Assembly (NCBI GenBank): GCA_040388985.1
Contig: JAZKAU010000001.1
Coordinates: forward strand, 1 to 57,358
Origin: Patescibacteria group bacterium
Lineage (GTDB): Bacteria > Patescibacteriota > Minisyncoccia > Phycocordibacterales > Phycocordibacteraceae
Reading direction: 5' to 3'
Length of the DNA stretch: 57,358 bases
Below the pieces are notes generated by a model that made no database searches, was not told the DNA's origin, and saw nothing but the letters and a program-made list of their open reading frames with translations. Positions within the stretch are counted from its first letter, which is position 1. Each line of letters starts with the position of its first letter. The position numbers were made by a program, and so were the translations under genes. Below are positions 51,445 to 57,358 of this stretch, in pieces.

Positions 51445-51629
51445 CAGTAGGAGTAGTATCGCTAATACCGAGTCGTCTGCGAAGACACTCGTTGTTAGGG
51501 GAGAGGTCCATGCGTTAGCGAGGATTTGAACATTCGGGGCAAACCCAACTAAGCGGCAGCTATATGGTGAGGATCAAGAGGCAGTCTAAACAAGCTGCTT
51601 GCACAGGTTATCCGAAACCATTGCCAACG

Positions 51630-51653
51630 GGGGCGGAGAGAAATCTCCGCCCC
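51630..51653 (+). terminator. 10-bp GC-rich hairpin 30 nt upstream of the aminopeptidase start
   Basis: GGGGCGGAGA-GAAA-TCTCCGCCCC followed by ACAGCTTTTA. It could terminate uvrC or act as a leader structure. Confidence 0.3.
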
Positions 51654-51682
51654 ACAGCTTTTATAGGGTAGACTTATTTACA

Positions 51683-53431
51683 ATGAAAAAGGATCCTCAT
51701 TCATACTACGAGCCGGGCCAGCCTAAGACTGAGAATCTGTCGTGGACTATTCTTTCCTTCGACTTTGAAAAGAAAAGCCTTCACGGTAAAGCACTCTATG
51801 CTTTTGATGGTTCTGGCGAGACCAATTTCGATACTAGGGAACTTGAGATCATTCGCGTAGGAGACTCAGAAGGTGAAGCGATTCCGTTCGAGCTTGCAGA
51901 ACATCACGCCGTAAAGGGAAGCCGTCTCACGTTCACCGTTCCTGCGAACAGAGAAGTCGAGATAGAGTACCGAACCACTCCGCCTGCAAGCGGTCTCCAG
52001 TGGATGAGCGCGGAGCTCGCCGGAGGACATCCCTTCGTCTATACCCAGGGGCAGACGACAAACGCGCGCTCATACATTCCATGCCAGGATACGCCGAGCA
52101 TCAAGTTCCCTTTCGAGGCCTCGCTGACTGTCCCAGCCGAGCTTCGAGGCCTTGTAGCTGCCGCCGAACATGTGGGCCGCGTGGAGAATCAGGACGGCAG
52201 TGCTACCGAGTCCTGGAATATGCCGTATCCTATAGCCTCCTATCTTCTCGCCTTTGCCGTAGGGGATTTGGTGAGCGAAGACATATCAGATCGCAGTCGC
52301 GTATGGGCTCAGCCGCCTATGATCCAGGCAGCCGCGCAAGAGTTCAAGGACATTCCACTCCTGATGGAAGCCGGAGAAAAGCTTTTCGGGCCGTATCCTT
52401 TCGGTCGCTATGACGTATTGGTTATGCCTTCCGCATTCCCGTACGGCGGCATGGAAAATCCCTGCCTTACCTTCGTAACTCCTGCACTCGTCGCAGGCGA
52501 CGGCTCCGGCATCGGCGTTATCGCGCACGAGCTTGCGCACAGCTGGACCGGGAACTTGGTAACTAATTCTGACTGGGATGGCTTCTGGCTGAACGAAGGC
52601 TGGACCACATGGGCAGAAGGCAGGATCCTTGAAGTGGTGTACGGCAAGGATCACGCCATGCTCCACCAGAAGCTTCTTGAGAGCGAGTTCCTTATCGACT
52701 GCGCGCACTTTGCAGCAGAGGGGAATCCGCATTACATGAAACTCACTCCGGGCGCTCACGACGTTGACCCTGACGAGATCTTCTCCCGAGTCCCCTATTT
52801 CAAAGGTTCGCAGTTCGTACGGCTTCTGGAAGAGACCGTGGGCAGAGAACGCTTCGACGCCTTCGTAGGAAGCTACATAGATGCCCACAAGTATCAGTCT
52901 ATCGATACCGACACGCTCCTAGCCTTCATCGAAACCGAGCTCGGTAAGGAGGTACTCGATACCGTCCGCGCGCACGACTGGGTGCATGGGCACGGCATTC
53001 CTGACAATCAGCCGCCTATAGAGACCGCACTTATAGACCAGGTGAGGGAACTCGCGCAGGTGACAGAACTGCCGGGAGAAGACGCAGCGTGGAGCAATCC
53101 CCAGTGGCAGCTCTATCTCGAGCTCCTGCCTCGTCCCTTGTCGCCAGAATTCGTCGCAGACCTGGAACGCCGCTTCAGTCTTTCCCAGATACCAAATGTA
53201 GAGGTCAAATGGTCATTCCTGGTGGCAAGCGCGCAAGCTGGACACGTTGACCTCTATCCCGCCGTAGAGAGCTTCCTGCGCACCCAAGGGCGTATCAAAT
53301 ACCTTAAGCCGCTCTATGAAGCATTAGCCAGCACCGAGCAGGGCAGCGAGCACGCAACCCGCATCTTCAGTGATGCCAAAGGGAACTATCATCCGGCTGC
53401 CATAAGCGCCGTCGAACGCACGTTGAAATAA
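51683..53431 (+). CDS. M1-family zinc aminopeptidase (leukotriene A4 hydrolase-like)
   Basis: GGMENP, then HELAHSWTGN followed by WLNEGWTTW (HEXXH-18-E). The ATG at 51683 is preferred over the TTG at 51599. Confidence 0.85.
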   Translation: MKKDPHSYYEPGQPKTENLSWTILSFDFEKKSLHGKALYAFDGSGETNFDTRELEIIRVGDSEGEAIPFELAEHHAVKGSRLTFTVPANREVEIEYRTTPPASGLQWMSAELAGGHPFVYTQGQTTNARSYIPCQDTPSIKFPFEASLTVPAELRGLVAAAEHVGRVENQDGSATESWNMPYPIASYLLAFAVGDLVSEDISDRSRVWAQPPMIQAAAQEFKDIPLLMEAGEKLFGPYPFGRYDVLVMPSAFPYGGMENPCLTFVTPALVAGDGSGIGVIAHELAHSWTGNLVTNSDWDGFWLNEGWTTWAEGRILEVVYGKDHAMLHQKLLESEFLIDCAHFAAEGNPHYMKLTPGAHDVDPDEIFSRVPYFKGSQFVRLLEETVGRERFDAFVGSYIDAHKYQSIDTDTLLAFIETELGKEVLDTVRAHDWVHGHGIPDNQPPIETALIDQVRELAQVTELPGEDAAWSNPQWQLYLELLPRPLSPEFVADLERRFSLSQIPNVEVKWSFLVASAQAGHVDLYPAVESFLRTQGRIKYLKPLYEALASTEQGSEHATRIFSDAKGNYHPAAISAVERTLK

Positions 53432-53473
53432 TTCATTCTGATACCTTCGGCCTATTGAGTGCTGTTATACTAG

Positions 53474-54454
53474 GTGCATATGCGAGGTACTGTCGTCGGC
53501 GTGTTGCGTGGAGGACCCTCAAGCGAGCATGACGTCTCGCTCAAGTCAGGTCACGCAATACTGAAGCACCTTCCGGAAGATCGCTTCACTGCCCGCGATA
53601 TCTACATCGACCGTGCAGGCGTCTGGCACGAACGCGGGATTCCGACGAGCCCTGATAAGGTGCTGCCGGGGGTTGATATCGTCGTCATCGCGCTTCATGG
53701 CGCCTATGGCGAGGACGGGGAGGTTCAGAAGCTGCTTGAGCGCTTCGGAGTCCCCTACACCGGATCGGATTCTTTCTCATCCTTCGTTGCCATGCACAAG
53801 GTCATGGCAAAGGAGAAGGCGAAGGAAGTCGGACTCCTTACGCCCAAGTATCGGTTCATAGAGCGTCTTGAAGACGTGGATGATACCGTCCATGACGTCA
53901 TCCGTACCTTCACGCAGCCGGTTATCGTGAAGCCTGCACGCGGCGGCTCGTCGGTAGGCACGACCATGGAGGCCGGGTATCAGCCGGTGCATCAGGCAGT
54001 CACCGGACTGCTCAAGCAAGACGAAGGCGGTGTGCTCGTCGAGGAGGTGATACGCGGCACCGAAGCAACCGCAGGCGTGGTCGAAGGCCTGCGCGGGGAA
54101 GTCCTCTATCAGCTCCCACCTATCGAAATTGTCCCGCCCGAAGATTCAGCCTTCTTTACGTACGACGCCAAATACTCAGGAGCTACCCGCGAGATCTGCC
54201 CTGGGCGCTTCAATAAGCAGGTGAGTCAGGAGCTTATGGACAAGGCCAGGCTTATGCACGATGCTCTAGGTCTGCGCCATTACTCACGCTCCGACTTCAT
54301 CATCTCACCGCGCGGAATCTATTACCTTGAGACCAATAGTCTGCCAGACTTGATCGAGGACTCAGGTTTCTCCGATGCATTCAAAGCAGTAGGCGTAGGC
54401 TATCCCGAATTCCTTTCCCATATAATCGAGCTTGCTTTGCAGAAAAAGAAATAA
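53474..54454 (+). CDS. ddl: D-alanine--D-alanine ligase
   Basis: GGPSSEHDVSLKSG, ALHGAYGEDGEVQKLLE, VKPARGGSSVG and ETNSLP in an ATP-grasp layout. Confidence 0.85.
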   Translation: MHMRGTVVGVLRGGPSSEHDVSLKSGHAILKHLPEDRFTARDIYIDRAGVWHERGIPTSPDKVLPGVDIVVIALHGAYGEDGEVQKLLERFGVPYTGSDSFSSFVAMHKVMAKEKAKEVGLLTPKYRFIERLEDVDDTVHDVIRTFTQPVIVKPARGGSSVGTTMEAGYQPVHQAVTGLLKQDEGGVLVEEVIRGTEATAGVVEGLRGEVLYQLPPIEIVPPEDSAFFTYDAKYSGATREICPGRFNKQVSQELMDKARLMHDALGLRHYSRSDFIISPRGIYYLETNSLPDLIEDSGFSDAFKAVGVGYPEFLSHIIELALQKKK

Positions 54455-54459
54455 TCTTT

Positions 54460-55008
54460 ATGTTTAAAGGTCTTGCATCTAGTCTCTTTTCAAAGAAAAT
54501 AACAGTTGTATATCCGCTTGCTGAAACGGATGCGACGTCGGGAGAAAACTTGATTCCCTTTGTTCCGATTGAACAACGCAGGCGAATCGGGCCTTTCTAC
54601 AGCGATCTTAGTCCTAATTCTCACTACGGGCCATACGAGCATGCCGTGGATTTTCTCGTAAAGGACGGTACGCTCGTGTATGCCGTGAAAAGCGGTACGG
54701 TGGTTGAGATTGTGGAGTCAAATGACGTCTACGGTCCAGGCCCCGACTATGCTCAGTATCTGAATTTTGTAACTATTGATCATGTGAACTGTTATAGCCA
54801 ATATGCTCACCTGAAGAAGGGCTCGCCGACCAGTTACGGCCTATATGTAGGAAAGAAAGTCGTGACTGGCCAGGTCATAGGAATTGTCGGAAAGTCAGGA
54901 TGGGTAGACTATGGAGAGAACGGAGATCACCTACACTTTATGGTCTTCCGGAACGTCAGTGATGGTTTTATAAGCTTACCAGTAGAATTTAAGACGCGTG
55001 TCGTATGA
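54460..55008 (+). CDS. M23 (LytM/lysostaphin-type) metallopeptidase-like protein without an obvious signal peptide
   Basis: HxxxD (HAVDFLV), then QYAHL, then HxH (HLHFMVF). The N-terminus is not clearly hydrophobic. Confidence 0.65.
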   Translation: MFKGLASSLFSKKITVVYPLAETDATSGENLIPFVPIEQRRRIGPFYSDLSPNSHYGPYEHAVDFLVKDGTLVYAVKSGTVVEIVESNDVYGPGPDYAQYLNFVTIDHVNCYSQYAHLKKGSPTSYGLYVGKKVVTGQVIGIVGKSGWVDYGENGDHLHFMVFRNVSDGFISLPVEFKTRVV

Positions 55009-56198
55009 ACGACTTTGAAGGAAAAATAGTAGGTGTTTTCTTTGGCGGAAAGAGTCCGGAGCATGATATTTCGATCATAACGGGCTTGCTTGTGGTTGAA
55101 GAGCTAACGAAGATGGGAATCCGTTGTGAACCTGTTTATATCACGACGGATGGCTCGTGGTGCCTCGGCCATGAGTTACGGGGTAGAGATTTTATGCAAA
55201 GTGTACACTCGAGAGATTTATATGCGTTACAACGTTGGTCTCTCGATACTCGCCATAGGTCGCCCCGTCTTATCTTTACGCGTAGACCCAATTTCTTCTC
55301 GAGGCGTGAGCAGAAAGTCATAGACATCGTCTTCCCAGCATTCCATGGCGCGTATGGAGAAGACGGTGCATTCCAAGGACTTTGCGAAGTCCTTGGCGTG
55401 CCGTATGTCGGGAGCAGTATTGAAGGATGCAGCATGGCAATGAATAAAGCTCTGACCAAAGAGTCTTTTGTTAGCAATCACATACCAACGACCGCGTTTG
55501 TATCTTTTTCAACGCGCGATTGGGAGCATGAGCGTAAGGATGTGCTTAGTACTATCCAAGCTACGCTCACGTACCCTCTCTTTATTAAGCCGGTGCACGC
55601 CGGTTCCTCCATAGGCATCACACGGGTCAAGAATGCTGAAGAGCTTACAGACGCCATTGATCTTGCCTTTAGCTTTGATACTCAAGTCATCGCCGAGAAC
55701 GGAATAGCCGCGGTACGGGATTTGACCTGCTGCGTAAGGGAACTTGCAGACGGGTCGTTGCAAGCCTCAGAAGTGCAAGAGTCCCGCTTCGAAGGAAGCG
55801 ACTTCTTCTCCTACGAAGAGAAATATCTTAAGGGCGGGGGAGCTCAGCTTGGAAACGCAAGACAGCAGATAATTATTCCGGCTGATATATCGAAAGAAGT
55901 AGCAGGTCAGGTAAAGAACTATTCGATACGAGTCTTTAAACGCCTGGGGTTGTCAGGCATAGGACGTGTAGATTTCCTCCTTAATCCGGAAACTTCAGAA
56001 TTGTTTGCAAATGAGGTCAATCCCATGCCTGGAACTCTGTATCAGCATCTTTGGAAAGAAACTGGGGTTGATTCCCCTACCTTGCTTGGTAACTTGCTAT
56101 CAGCCGCAATGACAAAATATACCCAGACTCGCAAGAAAAATACGTATTTCCAGTCCTCACTGCTGCAAGATTTGAAGGGATCGAAGATGGCCAAATAA
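55005..56198 (+). CDS. Second, longer D-Ala-D-X ligase family ATP-grasp enzyme
   Basis: ATGA overlap with the M23 gene's stop. GGKSPEHDISIITG, AFHGAYGEDGAFQGLCEVLGVPYVG, IKPVHAGSSIG and RVDFLL..ANEVNPMPG. It is about 70 aa longer than the first ddl. Confidence 0.75.
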   Translation: MNDFEGKIVGVFFGGKSPEHDISIITGLLVVEELTKMGIRCEPVYITTDGSWCLGHELRGRDFMQSVHSRDLYALQRWSLDTRHRSPRLIFTRRPNFFSRREQKVIDIVFPAFHGAYGEDGAFQGLCEVLGVPYVGSSIEGCSMAMNKALTKESFVSNHIPTTAFVSFSTRDWEHERKDVLSTIQATLTYPLFIKPVHAGSSIGITRVKNAEELTDAIDLAFSFDTQVIAENGIAAVRDLTCCVRELADGSLQASEVQESRFEGSDFFSYEEKYLKGGGAQLGNARQQIIIPADISKEVAGQVKNYSIRVFKRLGLSGIGRVDFLLNPETSELFANEVNPMPGTLYQHLWKETGVDSPTLLGNLLSAAMTKYTQTRKKNTYFQSSLLQDLKGSKMAK

Positions 56199-56241
56199 CC
56201 CCTTCCCATAATTTGGAAGGATATGATATGCTGGCTTCTAC

Positions 56242-56314
56242 GGGCCGTTAGCTCAGTTGGTAGAGCATCTCATTTGCAATGAGAGGGTCGCAGGTTCGAA
56301 TCCTGTACGGTCCA
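56242..56314 (+). tRNA. tRNA-Ala: tRNA-Ala (anticodon UGC)
   Basis: Acceptor GGGCCGT/ACGGTCC with the G3-U70 wobble pair, D arm GCTC-AGTTGGTA-GAGC, anticodon stem TCTCA/TGAGA with loop TTTGCAA, T arm GCAGG-TTCGAAT-CCTGT, discriminator A. Confidence 0.9.
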
Positions 56315-56491
56315 CAAACGCAACCGCCGAAAGGCGGCTTTTGCGTTTGTGGACCGTAGCATAGTGTCTGCACACTCTGCGGCAGGATTCGAAAGTGGTT
56401 GAGTATGTCGCAGCGAGCCCGAGGCTTTGCGAGAACGAAGCGAGACACGAAACCCATACTGTCCCCGTAAGGGACGAATCCTGTACGGTCA
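56315..56491 (+). repeat. tRNA-Ala-linked palindromic module
   Basis: A 17-bp perfect hairpin pairs 56307-56323 with 56341-56357 and uses the acceptor 3' strand. A second hairpin is at 56363-56376. GCAGGATTCG (56382-56391) is an inverted T-arm copy. The core contains the box CCCGAGGCTTTGCGAG (56418-56433). The 16-nt direct repeat CGAATCCTGTACGGTC occurs at 56297-56312 and 56475-56490. Confidence 0.75.
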
Positions 56492-56553
56492 TTGAAGCGG
56501 TGGCTGACCCTATTTTTGTATGCTAGTCTCCATGACAGAGGAGGAGCATTGCC

Positions 56554-56790
56554 ATGACTGACAAAGGCACCATCACGAACCAGCACTGCGGATGCGGATT
56601 GGTATTGTATATCCGCGCCGCAAGAGAGCCTCTACGGGGCATACACGGCCGCTATGAGATCGGCGAAGGACGCACCATGTTTGCCGCCGTGAACTGCACG
56701 CGATGCGGTCGCGTCTATGACCCTGACGCCGATGTCTACGCGAGCTACTTCAATATGGTCGCAGAAAGGCTGTTTCAAGGGAGCGGCTGA
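56554..56790 (+). CDS. Small hypothetical Cys-pair (zinc-ribbon-like) protein
   Basis: 78-aa ORF with HCGCG and NCTRCG Cys pairs. The upstream GAGGAGGAG could serve as a ribosome-binding site. Confidence 0.35.
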   Translation: MTDKGTITNQHCGCGLVLYIRAAREPLRGIHGRYEIGEGRTMFAAVNCTRCGRVYDPDADVYASYFNMVAERLFQGSG

Positions 56791-56893
56791 TCCGTGGAGA
56801 GGTACGCTCCGCGGATCTCTTCATTTACGAGCCAAGCGAGCTTTTCATCCTAAGCTAAATCACTAGCTTCATTCTGTGCGCTATACTTTTTTT

Positions 56894-57358
56894 ATGACTG
56901 AATTTCCTCCGAAGACTCCCCTCGTACAAGATGAGGATGCGCAGCAGCCAGAGGCTGCAGTAGAAGAACCTTCCCTTGAGAAAAGCGCCGAGGAGCGCGA
57001 AAGGGATATACTTCATGAATATTGGCAGAATCGAGCTACAAAAGAAGCGGCATTAGCTGCTTTGAGGAGAAAACGTCTCGAAGCAGGAAAATTGGCACGC
57101 GTGCACGCATCCCTAGGCATGGAATCCAACACGCCGATTTCAGAGCCAGAAAGTGATCAGCTCGAAACGGCAGAAACAGAACTTATAGCTGCGGAAGCAA
57201 ATTATCCAGGTCACTGGACCTTGTTATTAGAGGATAGGTTACGAGATCCCGAAACGAAAAGAAAGTTTGTTCAGGTCAGAACAGAAGCGTTGCCGTCACT
57301 TCGGCAAGGCGAGCCTGGCCAGTTTGATAAGGAGAAGCAATTTCAAAGCCACTACGAA
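56894..57358 (+). CDS. Hypothetical protein, 5' partial (runs off the window end)
   Basis: I translated it by hand from the ATG at 56894. The frame stays open for 155 codons to the end of the window. The N-terminus is acidic and looks helical. Confidence 0.5.
   Translation, partial: MTEFPPKTPLVQDEDAQQPEAAVEEPSLEKSAEERERDILHEYWQNRATKEAALAALRRKRLEAGKLARVHASLGMESNTPISEPESDQLETAETELIAAEANYPGHWTLLLEDRLRDPETKRKFVQVRTEALPSLRQGEPGQFDKEKQFQSHYE

Noticed and set aside
56242-56314. An initial reading of this tRNA as tRNA-Cys (GCA)
   Set aside because: Numbering the cloverleaf properly places TGC at positions 34-36, with U33 and A37 flanking it. The G3-U70 pair and the A73 discriminator are the tRNA-Ala identity set.
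1-57358. An alternative genetic code (UGA recoding), as in some CPR lineages
   Set aside because: TGA terminates conserved genes at their expected lengths (ECF sigma at 27137-27139, uvrC at 51442-51444, the giant protein at 39625-39627). No conserved gene is interrupted by an in-frame TGA.

Overview
This 57.4-kb chromosomal segment reads like a small-genome CPR/Patescibacteria-type (Parcubacteria-like) bacterium. That placement is an inference from gene content: two-TM T4SS-pilin-like proteins, a short dnaX, a RelA/SpoT without an ACT domain, and many membrane-anchored hypothetical proteins. The standard genetic code applies, since TGA terminates conserved genes. All homology calls rest on motifs I recognised by eye in the supplied translations; nothing was computed.

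The housekeeping backbone is miaA, ndk-like, parB, relA/spoT, topA, dprA, serS, ftsQ-like, dus, dnaX, trhO, an HD hydrolase, a Nudix hydrolase, a pseudouridine synthase, an ECF sigma plus membrane anti-sigma-like protein, a Pif1-type helicase, FKBP, tgt, uvrB, a histidine kinase with a receiver-only response regulator, uvrA, a short uvrC, an M1 aminopeptidase, and ddl / M23 peptidase / second ddl-like ligase. There are four tRNA genes: Trp-CCA, Leu-CAA, Gln-UUG and Ala-UGC. I saw no rRNA, CRISPR array, transposase or integrase.

The most unusual observations are:
1. Every tRNA gene is followed by a structured module built from a direct copy and an inverted copy of that tRNA's own 3' end around a conserved core.
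2. A related long imperfect-palindrome element sits directly after the stop codons of four plus-strand genes, with compensatory base changes between copies. Two copies bracket the response-regulator gene.
3. An A+T-richer accessory island lies next to tRNA-Gln (about 17.1-23.1 kb). Its small, unrelated genes are separated by seven direct copies of a roughly 26-nt motif placed just after stop codons.
4. Two paralogous T4SS-pilin-like membrane modules are fused to different peptidoglycan-hydrolase domains.
5. A TM-less VirD4/TraD-like ATPase forms an operon with a 1344-aa membrane protein and a small acidic protein.
6. Two compact single-gene inserts are visibly G+C-rich.
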